64,000 nucleotides of DNA. Source: Candidatus Methylomirabilota bacterium. Lineage in GTDB: Bacteria > Desulfobacterota > Binatia > Bin18. The stretch spans positions 32,245 through 96,244 of the forward strand of contig DATLYA010000316.1 in the NCBI GenBank assembly GCA_035575235.1. The letters are read 5' to 3'. The position numbers were made by a program, and so were the translations under genes. The notes under the pieces were generated by a model. It did no database searches. It had not been told where the DNA came from and saw nothing but the letters and a program-made list of their open reading frames with translations. Positions 9,247 through 17,253 of this stretch are shown one piece after another. Numbering within the stretch: position 1 is the first letter of the stretch; each line of letters starts with the position of its first letter.

Positions 9247-9594
9247 TTACGCTTTCGCCTGTTTTTTCTCCAGCAACTGCCGCTTCCAGTCGAGCATGCG
9301 GGCTTTAGCGGCGGCGGCCTCGGCTTCAGGCACCATATTGTTCTGCTGGTAAAAGCGAGAGAGGACAGTAAAACTCATCGGGTCTTCCGGCGTCAGTTCG
9401 GTCAGCCGCTGCGCAGTAGCGATCGCCTCATCAAGCCGGCCAGCATCAGCATAGGCATGAGCGAGGTCGTGCACAGCTTCAACGTAATTAGGCTCAGCTT
9501 CTAGAATCGCCTTATACGCCGCAATTGCTTCCTCCGTCCGCCCGTCACAGAGCAAATCATATGCTTGATCGTATAGTGCTTGAATATCCGACAT
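9247..9594 (-). CDS. Tetratricopeptide-repeat protein
   Basis: Three TPR-like 34-aa units (..AIAAYKAILEAEPNYVEAVHDLAHAYADAGRLDEAIA..). Confidence 0.75.
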   Translation of the reverse strand: MSDIQALYDQAYDLLCDGRTEEAIAAYKAILEAEPNYVEAVHDLAHAYADAGRLDEAIATAQRLTELTPEDPMSFTVLSRFYQQNNMVPEAEAAAAKARMLDWKRQLLEKKQAKA

Positions 9595-9667
9595 GAATCA
9601 GCCTCCAACACAGGAGAATACTGCTGATGAATTTTGACAACCAACTTCGGTACTGTACGCAACCCTC

Positions 9668-9760
9668 GTAGGGGCGTGGCGCACCCCTACGGCGCAGAGC
9701 GCTTGTGCTGCTAGAGTGTGAGCGCCGATTTTGATCGTCAAAGTTCATTAAAGTTCATTA
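9668..9760 (+). repeat. Hairpin + 57-nt repeat, copy A (upstream of luxE-like gene)
   Basis: gtaggggcgtggcgcacccctac hairpin (9668-9690), followed by gcagagcgcttgtgctgctagagtgtgagcgccgattttgatcgtcaaagttcatta (9694-9750). The last 10 nt are duplicated in tandem (9751-9760). Confidence 0.7.
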
Positions 9761-9893
9761 GCGAGAACTCTACCGTATTTCTTCCATAGGACCAACCCCG
9801 GAAAAAGACAGCAATAGAGATTGGAGACAGAGAAAGAAACAGGGGGCGGCTCGGTTTCAGTTATTTTTCTCTACTGTCCACTTGCTGCAGGTC

Positions 9894-10009
9894 TGTCATT
9901 CTGAGACTCCTTCGGCTCTGCTCAGGATAAACTCCAGCCGAAGAATCTCCTGACACGACCCTGCTTTGGGAGATTCTTCGCCGTCGCTGCGCTCCAGCTC
10001 AGAATGACA
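9894..10009. repeat. Nested-palindrome (MITE/REP-like) element
   Basis: Perfect 12-nt terminal inverted repeats tgtcattctgag / ctcagaatgaca. Internal inverted pair cgaagaatctcc / ggagattcttcg. Confidence 0.65.
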
Positions 10010-10071
10010 ACATTACCGAGACGCGGGGCAAGTTGCCGATCGCCAGGATGCTCCATTAGTATACGTTTTAG

Positions 10072-11136
10072 ATGAATACTCCGATACTCGATTTCATTCG
10101 CAACCCCGCAGGCCAGGACTTTAATGCCCTGGCGTTGCAAGTATTTGCCTACCAGTTTGAACATAATTTGCCCTACCAGCGGTTCTGTCTTGCCCGCCGG
10201 CAGACACCGGAGACCGTGTCACGTTGGCAAGACATTCCCGCCGTGCCTACCGTCGCCTTCAAAGAGCTGGATCTCACCTGTGGGCCGCCGGAAAAGATTT
10301 TTCGCACCAGCGGGACAACGCGCGGGCAAGAGAAACGCGGACGGCATCTTGTGCCGGATTTACAACTGTACCGTGAGTCGGCGCTCGCGCATTTCGCCGC
10401 GTGCGTGCTGCCGGATCACCGCCGCTCGCCGATGCTTGCGTTGATTCCTTCGCCGGAAGCGCGCCCCGATTCGTCCTTGACGCAAATGGCCACATGGGTC
10501 ATGCAAGCCTACGGCGAGACGGGAAGCGCCTATTTCATAGACCCGCACGGCATTCATCTCGACGCGTTTACCGAGGCCGTTTATCAGGCGCAACGCGAGG
10601 GCGTCCCGGTCTGTATTCTCGCGATTACTTCCGCATTAGTAGCGTTCTTCGATCAGTGCGAGGCAAAAGGACGGAGCTTCTCTCTCCCCGGCGGCAGCCG
10701 CATTATGGACACTGGCGGCAACAAAGGTGCAGGCCGTGTGATCTCCCGCAAGGGCTTTCTGCAGTCCTGCTGGAAATATCTTAAAATCGCCGGCTACTAC
10801 TGCGTCAACGAATACGGCATGACGGAAATGGCCTCACAGTTTTACGACAACGTGCTGTACAACCGCTCCCGCCGCAGCAACGAGCCGCGCTACAAGATTG
10901 GTCCGGCGTGGACCCGCACGGTCGTGGTTGATCCGGAAACGCTGCAAGAAGTTCCTCCTGGGCAAACAGGCATCCTGCGCCACTTCGACTTAGCGAACGC
11001 CGGCTCAGTTCTGGCGATTCAAACGGAAGACATAGGCTACGCGGTAGGCGACGGTTTTGAGATCACAGGCCGTGTGCTTGGCGCTGAGCCGCGCGGCTGC
11101 GCGCTTGCGCTGGATGAATTTTTAGCAGCGCAATAG
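10072..11136 (+). CDS. LuxE-family acyl-protein synthetase (adenylate-forming fatty-acid activating enzyme)
   Basis: WQDIPAVPTVAFKELDL...IFRTSGTT matches Vibrio LuxE IDDIPVFPTSVFKF...WFTSSGTN. C-terminus PRGCALALDEFL matches LuxE QKGCALSLTEAF. Confidence 0.85.
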   Translation: MNTPILDFIRNPAGQDFNALALQVFAYQFEHNLPYQRFCLARRQTPETVSRWQDIPAVPTVAFKELDLTCGPPEKIFRTSGTTRGQEKRGRHLVPDLQLYRESALAHFAACVLPDHRRSPMLALIPSPEARPDSSLTQMATWVMQAYGETGSAYFIDPHGIHLDAFTEAVYQAQREGVPVCILAITSALVAFFDQCEAKGRSFSLPGGSRIMDTGGNKGAGRVISRKGFLQSCWKYLKIAGYYCVNEYGMTEMASQFYDNVLYNRSRRSNEPRYKIGPAWTRTVVVDPETLQEVPPGQTGILRHFDLANAGSVLAIQTEDIGYAVGDGFEITGRVLGAEPRGCALALDEFLAAQ

Positions 11137-11346
11137 TCGCGGATTATCCCGCTCAGGATAAATATGACAGAAGATCAACGTAAGAGATCGAAGCACAAGA
11201 ACCGCTTTTTAAGGCTTTGGCGGAGGCTCTACCAGTTAGATAAATTTCTCAGGGTCAAGGACTCTCAATTGGGCGACGTGCCGGTGGATCGGATAACCGA
11301 TCCATCGGGCCAATAGCGCCTCTTACAGTGTCGCGGGGATAGTTTA

Positions 11347-11433
11347 GAGGGGCACGGCGCGCTGTGTCCCTCCAGTGCAGAGCGCTTGTTCTGCTGGAGT
11401 ATGAGCGCCGACTTTGATCGGCAAAGTTCATTA
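11347..11433 (+). repeat. Hairpin + 57-nt repeat, copy B (downstream of luxE-like gene)
   Basis: gaggggcac..gtgtccctc hairpin, then gcagagcgcttgttctgctggagtatgagcgccgactttgatcggcaaagttcatta (11377-11433). This is 52/57 identical to copy A, in the same orientation. Confidence 0.7.
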
Positions 11434-11549
11434 GAGGTCTTGCTGAAAGCGCGAAGCTGGGTCCTAACGCTGTCCGGCACACCGGTCCAGACTTTCACAG
11501 CTACGTTTCCCCTCCCCGACTTTACGTATCACGCCCGCTCTTCTATTTT

Positions 11550-12857
11550 TTGCTTGTGTCTCTGCTCTCGGTTGCTCACCTCAATGACATAGTGGATCGA
11601 CTGCTGGTCGCCCGCGAGCGGACGCTACTCACGCGCTCAGTCAAGAACATTGCGACGCGTATTGACCGCGTTGTTGCTCGCTTCCTTGATTCTGCCTCTG
11701 CCGCGTATCAAGAGGCCGTCGCAAGACTTCCAGAGGAAACCGGGCTCTCACCGGAGATGATTCGCCACACCCTACCGCTGATTTTTCAGGAGTACCGCAG
11801 CGCAAAGCTGATGGAGCTGCTTGATAATGAACTGGGAGCAGCAAGCACACTCGACAGATTCGAGCCGACATGGCGAGGCGAGCGCCGCGCCTGCGGCTTT
11901 CCGCTGATTACCCAAGTGCTGGCTGGCAACATTCCTGGCGCCGGGCTCGACGGCGTCATCTTCGCACTGCTGGTGAAATCGGCCACGCTGGTGAAGACGG
12001 CGTCTGCGGCGCCGTTTCTTCCGCTACAGTTTGCTCGCGTGCTCAATGAGGTTGATCCGGAGCTTGGCCAATGCCTTGCCATCGTCAGTTGGTCGGGAGG
12101 AAATACCGCCTTAGAAGAGGTCGCCTTTTCCCGCGCCGATATCGTGCTGGCCTCGGGATCAGACGAAAGCCTTGCGGCCATTCGTCGGCGCACGCGTGGG
12201 AGGTTTCTTGGCTATGGTCATAAGATCAGCTTTGCCGTAATTGACAAGAATTCGTTGCCCAACGCGCCGACGCTCGCACAGCGCGCTGCTTATGATGTCA
12301 CATTGTTTGATCAACAGGGGTGTCTCTCGCCGCAACTTATTTATGTGCAAGACGGAGGCGCGGCGACTCCTCCAGAGTTCGCAGCGCTGCTCGCGCAAGG
12401 GCTTGCTTACTGGCAACAGCAGCTGCCGCGCGGTGCAATTCCACCAGCAGCAAGTATGGCGATTCGACGCTTACGAGACCAGGCTGAGTGGCAAGCATTA
12501 GCAGGAAAAGACGTGATGCTCTATGCGAGTCCGCACGGCACTGAATGGACCGTTCTCTATGAAGCTGAGCCAACGTTTGCGCCTTCACCGTTGTATCGTA
12601 CTGTGCGCGTCAAACCCTTTTACTCTTTTACGCAACTGGCCGAACTGTTGACTCCTATGCGTCCTTTTCTCGAAGCTGCTGGGGTTGCCATCGCTGCGGA
12701 ACAGTTTGCCCAAGCCGTGGAGCTGCTCGGACAAGCCGGAGTCAGCCGGATATGTCCGATTGGCGCCATGCAACCGCCTCCTCTGAGCTGGCGGCATGGC
12801 GGGAGGCCGCGCCTTGCGGATTTGGTGCGGTGGACGGAAATAGAAAGGAAAGAGTAG
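11550..12857 (+). CDS. LuxC-family acyl-CoA/acyl-protein reductase (aldehyde-forming)
   Basis: ALDH-superfamily-like 435-aa ORF with LFDQQGCLSPQ, the LuxC catalytic-Cys context. Paired with the LuxE homologue. The TTG start is uncertain. Confidence 0.75.
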   Translation: MLVSLLSVAHLNDIVDRLLVARERTLLTRSVKNIATRIDRVVARFLDSASAAYQEAVARLPEETGLSPEMIRHTLPLIFQEYRSAKLMELLDNELGAASTLDRFEPTWRGERRACGFPLITQVLAGNIPGAGLDGVIFALLVKSATLVKTASAAPFLPLQFARVLNEVDPELGQCLAIVSWSGGNTALEEVAFSRADIVLASGSDESLAAIRRRTRGRFLGYGHKISFAVIDKNSLPNAPTLAQRAAYDVTLFDQQGCLSPQLIYVQDGGAATPPEFAALLAQGLAYWQQQLPRGAIPPAASMAIRRLRDQAEWQALAGKDVMLYASPHGTEWTVLYEAEPTFAPSPLYRTVRVKPFYSFTQLAELLTPMRPFLEAAGVAIAAEQFAQAVELLGQAGVSRICPIGAMQPPPLSWRHGGRPRLADLVRWTEIERKE

Positions 12858-12888
12858 CCGGCAGCCAGTAGCCAACATGAAAAAAAAG

Positions 12889-12971
12889 GAATCGGAGAAC
12901 CGGAGACGGGGAGAAGCGGCGAGAGGTCCCTTTTCCCTCACCGTTTCTCCGTTGCGCCGATTCTCCGGTTC
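12889..12971. repeat. Long imperfect intercistronic hairpin (GGAGAA/TTCTCC-rich)
   Basis: Left arm is ggaatcggagaaccggagacggggagaagcggcgagagg. Right arm is ccctcaccgtttctccgttgcgccgattctccggttc. Confidence 0.5.
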
Positions 12972-13016
12972 GTTCTTCTTGCCGACCCTAGAGCGCTCAC
13001 GTATGTTGCTATACGT

Positions 13017-14219
13017 ATGAGCGCCCTTCGGGATGATTTTTTCCGCTTCGTTGCGCAGACCTCGCCCGAGCCGATTGGCATCGAAGTCGAGCGAGCGCAC
13101 GGGTGCATCATTGTAGACAAAAGAGGTCAGGAATACCTCGACCTGCTGTCGGGTATCGGCGTGGCGAGTCTTGGCCATGCGCATCCAGAGGTCGTACAAG
13201 CCATCAAAGACCAGGCGGACCGTTACCTTCATACGATGGTGTACGGCGAATACATTCAAGAACCACAGGTGCGTTTAGCCGCAAAACTTGCCGAAATTGT
13301 TCCTCATCCGTTGTCGATGACGTATTTCACTAACAGTGGCGCGGAAGCGATCGAAGGCGCGTTAAAGACAGCGCGCAAATATACTGGCCGGTCGCGTTTT
13401 GTCAGTTTCCACGGCAGCTTTCACGGTGATACGTTTGGCGCGTTATCGGTAGGCGGGAATCCGTTGTATCGGGCCCCGTTTGAACCGTTGCTTCCCTTGG
13501 TCTCCTTCTTGCCGTTTGGCGATTTCGATGCGATAGCTGCTATAGACGCCACGGTCGCGGCTGTGCTCATCGAACCGATTCAAGGAGAAGGCGGCGTCCG
13601 CATCCCTAACAGCGGCTATCTGGCAAGCCTACAAGAACGTTGTAAAGAAGTTGGCGCGCTGCTGATTTTTGACGAAGTCATCACCGGCCTCGGCAGAACC
13701 GGGCGGCTCTTTGCCGGCGCACACTGGAGCATCACCCCGGACATTCTCGTGCTCGCCAAGGCCCTGGGCGGCGGCATGCCGCTTGGCGCGTTTATCAGCA
13801 CGCCGGATATTATGGCGACTCTTGCTCACGACCCGCCGCTGGCGCATGTGACTACCTTTGGTGGGCATCCGGTGTGCTGTGCGGCGGGGCTTGCTTCTCT
13901 GGAGGTTATCCTGCGCGACCGATTGGCCCAACAGGCGCAAGCCGGCGGCGAAGAGTTTCTGCGGCGCTTGCGTGGACTCATCGGCACGGGCGGTCTCACC
14001 GGAGTGCGCGGCCGCGGCCTATTGATCGGGATGGACTTCGCCTCGCCGGAGGCAACAAAAAGTTTTGTCCGACGCTGTTTTGCCAGAGGCGTCATATTGG
14101 GTTGGACGTTACATCAAGATACCGTCGTGCGTCTGGCCCCGCCCCTGATTATTTCCTCTGAGGAAATCGCCCACGCCGTTGCCGTTATGCGCGAAGCGTT
14201 ACAGACGGGTGAGGCGTGA
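13017..14219 (+). CDS. Class-III (omega / acetylornithine-type) PLP aminotransferase
   Basis: LDLLSGIGVASLGHAHPEVV, TNSGAEAIEGALKTARKYTGR, LIFDEVITGLGRTG and VLAKALGGGMPLGA (PLP-Lys context). Confidence 0.85.
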   Translation: MSALRDDFFRFVAQTSPEPIGIEVERAHGCIIVDKRGQEYLDLLSGIGVASLGHAHPEVVQAIKDQADRYLHTMVYGEYIQEPQVRLAAKLAEIVPHPLSMTYFTNSGAEAIEGALKTARKYTGRSRFVSFHGSFHGDTFGALSVGGNPLYRAPFEPLLPLVSFLPFGDFDAIAAIDATVAAVLIEPIQGEGGVRIPNSGYLASLQERCKEVGALLIFDEVITGLGRTGRLFAGAHWSITPDILVLAKALGGGMPLGAFISTPDIMATLAHDPPLAHVTTFGGHPVCCAAGLASLEVILRDRLAQQAQAGGEEFLRRLRGLIGTGGLTGVRGRGLLIGMDFASPEATKSFVRRCFARGVILGWTLHQDTVVRLAPPLIISSEEIAHAVAVMREALQTGEA

Positions 14220-14295
14220 AACGTGTTGCGTGATGCGTACTGCGTATTCGCTTTACTCGTCTTTCGGCTCATGTCATAAACTTACGTCATACGTT
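14209..14295. repeat. ACGCA/TGCGT-rich repeat family, copy 2
   Basis: gaggcgtgaaacgtgttgcgtgatgcgtactgcgtattcgc ... cttacgtcatacg. Close to the reverse complement of the right arm at 22380-22420. Confidence 0.45.
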
Positions 14296-14311
14296 TTTGC
14301 AGGAGATGATC

Positions 14312-14944
14312 ATGCCGAAGGATACTGTTTCGACTCAGCAATCCCTCTCCCCCGAAACCTTCTTCAAAGAAAAAGTCGCTCCGCAGTTTAGCCGCCGCAT
14401 TGAGGACCTGCGACGGCAGATCATGACGCTGGAACAGCAGGTGCAGGAGCGCCTCACTGCCCAAGGAACAGTGCGTATTGTCGTAGAAGGCGACGGCGGC
14501 GGCGCGTGGTATTTGAACATCAACAAAGGTGAAATGACAGTCACGATGGAACCAGCGTTTCCGCCAGTCATGACCGTGTATCAGCCGCGTGGCTATTTCG
14601 ATTGGGCGGTGTCGATGACCTCTGACGCGGGACTGTTTGGCCCTGGCGCGCGGAGTACTCAAGGCGAGCTGACCAGATCACGCCTGGAGCGCTTGAAGAT
14701 GCTCAAAGGCCTGTTGCAATTTACCTTTACTCATCTCCCGGATGGCGGCGAGCACAGTTTTTGGATTTATTTCGGCGATGGCGAGCGCCCTGCTGTAGCA
14801 CAGACTGTCCTCTCCATCAAAGCGGAAGACGCACAGAGGCTTGCGCGCGGAGAATTGAACCCGCAAGTGGCGTTCATGAGCGGCATTATTAAGGTGACCG
14901 GCGATATGGCGCTCGCTATGCAGTTCGGCGCGGCGATGATGTAG
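14312..14944 (+). CDS. SCP2 sterol/lipid-carrier domain protein
   Basis: C-terminal ...LARGELNPQVAFMSGIIKVTGDMALAMQFG is the canonical SCP2 tail. ATG at 14312 is 6 nt after AGGAG. Confidence 0.7.
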   Translation: MPKDTVSTQQSLSPETFFKEKVAPQFSRRIEDLRRQIMTLEQQVQERLTAQGTVRIVVEGDGGGAWYLNINKGEMTVTMEPAFPPVMTVYQPRGYFDWAVSMTSDAGLFGPGARSTQGELTRSRLERLKMLKGLLQFTFTHLPDGGEHSFWIYFGDGERPAVAQTVLSIKAEDAQRLARGELNPQVAFMSGIIKVTGDMALAMQFGAAMM

Positions 14945-15024
14945 CTATGAACGGCCAGTATACCGGGGTTTCCGCTTTTCGCTAAACGCCCGTGGCCCTT
15001 CCTTTTTCGTACAACAGCCCAGGT

Positions 15025-16233
15025 TCAGTCACGGCAGCTTCCCTCCCGACGGCGTTGAGCTCTCTGAAGGAATACCCATAATAATCCTCCAGCAAAGACA
15101 TATGTTCCGATCGCCGTTGCCCACAGGAACCATGAGAGTCGGTCAAAGAGCGCGAGCAGGAACAGCATATAGGCGAAATCTCTTCCGGTGATGCGCTCGT
15201 ACAGTTCCATCAGTGGCGTTCTCTTTCCGTCTTTTTCCGTCAGGCCTGCAGAGGAACGGAAAATCGCGACATACGCGACAGCCATTGCACAGAGCACTCC
15301 CAGCAAGGTAACGAACGCCAAGGTTATATACAGCGGCAATTGGGTCTCACGATACAGGCTCACTGCAATGCCGGGAAACAACAGCAGGTGGACAATATTG
15401 TCGGCGATCAGATCAAATTTCGCGCCGAAGTCGGACTCTAAAAACTTGAGGCGGGCCAGCTCCCCGTCACAACCGTCAATTGTTGTGGAGACCAGTAATA
15501 CCACCGCCCCGCACACGCGTGGCCAATAGTGCGGCTGTATGAGCAGCCAGACACTCAACAGCCCAAGGGCAAACGAGAACGCGGTAATCTGGTTCGGCGT
15601 GATGCGTGTATGAGCAAGTCGGCGAGTGACGGCGCGCGAGACTTTGCGATCGAGCGCCCGCGCCAGAAAGCCGTCCGTGTCGCGCCCCAAGCTCGCGAAC
15701 AAACGCCGCTCGACCTCTTGCTGTCCAAGCGTGAGCGGCGCCCATAACCCCTTATGAATGGTTACAGGGGACAGGGAACAGGGAACAGGGAACGGTGTAG
15801 GAGGTGTTCGGAGTTTCGTCCGCAATAGCGTCCACAAGCATGGTGCTGCCCCGCGATAGACGTCCGTCTCCTGGCCGGAGCCAGTCAAGAACGTTACCGG
15901 CGTTGGCGCTGGGAGTGGAGAGGTCAGCGCCTGACGGATGAATGCCGAGGTGAAAACGGCCGTACACGACAGCAGAAGGGCTTCGGCGTCTCCGATCCAG
16001 TTGCTCAGCAGCTTTTCGCTTGCTTCAATCTGATCGATGAGGGCATAGGATATCCTTTGTAACCGCGGCTCCGATGTCAAGAGCTGCTGGATTGGGAAAA
16101 TCTCAATCTGCGAGATGATCAGCCACTCGGTCACGCCACCCCTGTGGCCGGCGCAGAGTGCGCGAGCGAGCAGCGGCAGTCCCGCGACAACCATCAACGC
16201 CGCTTGATCGTGCACCAGTAAAATGGCCTTCAT
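15025..16233 (-). CDS. CDP-alcohol phosphotransferase (DIPPS-like membrane domain) fused to a degenerate nucleotidyltransferase-like N-domain
   Basis: Signature DGCDGELARLKFLESDFGAKFDLIAD (D-G-x2-A-R-x8-G-x3-D-x3-D). Preceded by DGFLARALDRKVSRAVTRRLAHTRITPNQIT, as in IPCT/DIPPS enzymes. Multiple TM helices. The N-terminal 150 aa starts MKAILLVHDQAALMVVAGLPLL. Confidence 0.75.
   Translation of the reverse strand: MKAILLVHDQAALMVVAGLPLLARALCAGHRGGVTEWLIISQIEIFPIQQLLTSEPRLQRISYALIDQIEASEKLLSNWIGDAEALLLSCTAVFTSAFIRQALTSPLPAPTPVTFLTGSGQETDVYRGAAPCLWTLLRTKLRTPPTPFPVPCSLSPVTIHKGLWAPLTLGQQEVERRLFASLGRDTDGFLARALDRKVSRAVTRRLAHTRITPNQITAFSFALGLLSVWLLIQPHYWPRVCGAVVLLVSTTIDGCDGELARLKFLESDFGAKFDLIADNIVHLLLFPGIAVSLYRETQLPLYITLAFVTLLGVLCAMAVAYVAIFRSSAGLTEKDGKRTPLMELYERITGRDFAYMLFLLALFDRLSWFLWATAIGTYVFAGGLLWVFLQRAQRRREGSCRD
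15765..15792. repeat. 4 x tandem heptamer CAGGGRA inside the CDS linker
   Basis: cagggga cagggaa cagggaa cagggaa. Encodes FPVPCSLSPV on the minus strand. Confidence 0.8.
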
Positions 16234-16239
16234 AGTTGA

Positions 16240-17253
16240 TCACAAGGGAAGACGCACGCCTCCCTGCCGATGCGACGCATATCCTTGCTGTAAAAGCGCC
16301 AGACACGTCGCGGCGGCGCGAAGATTTGCTTCACCAGAAGATGGCTCTTCCAGGGCCTGGTAAAAATCATCGAGCAGCGGCGCGAACCATTCAGGGTGAT
16401 AAGAGGAGGCGATTATCGACTCGGGAAATCGTTGCGCGCATCCGGGCTCGTCAGGGCGCTCAAGGAGTAAGGAGACGGCGTCGAAATAAATCGTTCCTTT
16501 CGTTCCGCGTACGTATCCCTCATTGGCCCGGCGGTCGGCTCTCCAGGTGAGGTAAAATTGGACGCTTGCACTCCCGCAGCTTATGGTTCCCGCCGCTGTC
16601 TCTTCAATATCAACGGCGCCGCAGCCTGGAGGTTCGAGCCGCGCGGCGATTGCAGTTGGCGCTTTTTGCAAAAGAAAAGGCGCGAGATAAAACAGATGCC
16701 ACCCATGATCTACCAGAATGCCGCCGCCGGCTATGCGCCGATCTGTTCGCCATGACCCCGAGCCATGCGATGCGCCGGCTGGGTGGGCGCGCAGGACCTT
16801 CCACGCCAAACACTCAGGCGCGCCAATCGTCTCAGCTGCGATGGTTGCCCGTAGAGTTTGCAAAAGCGGCGCGTATTGCCAATTGTGCACGGTAAAAACA
16901 GCACGGTCGCGTTCAACGGCGTACCGTTGCAGTTGTCGCATGAGTGCGGCAGAGAGCGTCAGCGGCTTCTCACATAAAATGTGCACACTCTGTTCACACG
17001 CGCGCAGCAAGACGGTGTCGTGCAGCATCGGAGGCGTACAAATATCAACGAAGTCAATCTGCTCACGCGCCAGGCAGGCTTCGATGCTACCATAACACGC
17101 CGCGTCCGGCAGGAGGGTGCGCGCCAGCTGTAACCGCTCAGGCAACGGGTCGACAACAGCTATGAGCTCGAAACGCGTGTCCTGCAGCCAGGCTGAAAGA
17201 TGGCCATGGACCGCAACATTGCCAAAGCCAATGATCGCTCCTCGATAGCTCAC
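16240..17253 (-). CDS. Gfo/Idh/MocA-family NAD(P)-dependent dehydrogenase
   Basis: GAIIGFGNVAVHGH Rossmann N-terminus and ...ILCEKPL... motif. Confidence 0.8.
   Translation of the reverse strand: MSYRGAIIGFGNVAVHGHLSAWLQDTRFELIAVVDPLPERLQLARTLLPDAACYGSIEACLAREQIDFVDICTPPMLHDTVLLRACEQSVHILCEKPLTLSAALMRQLQRYAVERDRAVFTVHNWQYAPLLQTLRATIAAETIGAPECLAWKVLRAHPAGASHGSGSWRTDRRIAGGGILVDHGWHLFYLAPFLLQKAPTAIAARLEPPGCGAVDIEETAAGTISCGSASVQFYLTWRADRRANEGYVRGTKGTIYFDAVSLLLERPDEPGCAQRFPESIIASSYHPEWFAPLLDDFYQALEEPSSGEANLRAAATCLALLQQGYASHRQGGVRLPL

Noticed and set aside
9557-9748. Reverse-strand ORFs 9557..9748 and 11255..11482, which share an MNF(D/A)DQ(N/S)RRS(H/Y)SS.TSAL.. start, as a duplicated small-protein gene.
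   Set aside because: The similarity is confined to the 57-nt DNA repeat. Outside it the ORFs diverge completely, and they lack an RBS or other start signals.
10072-12857. luxE/luxC homologues as part of a bioluminescence (lux) operon, with the luciferase-like (LLM) genes at 27654 and 39282 acting as luxA/B.
   Set aside because: There is no luxA/B/D adjacent. The LLM genes are 15-27 kb away, in unrelated operons, and look like F420/flavin oxidoreductase subfamilies.
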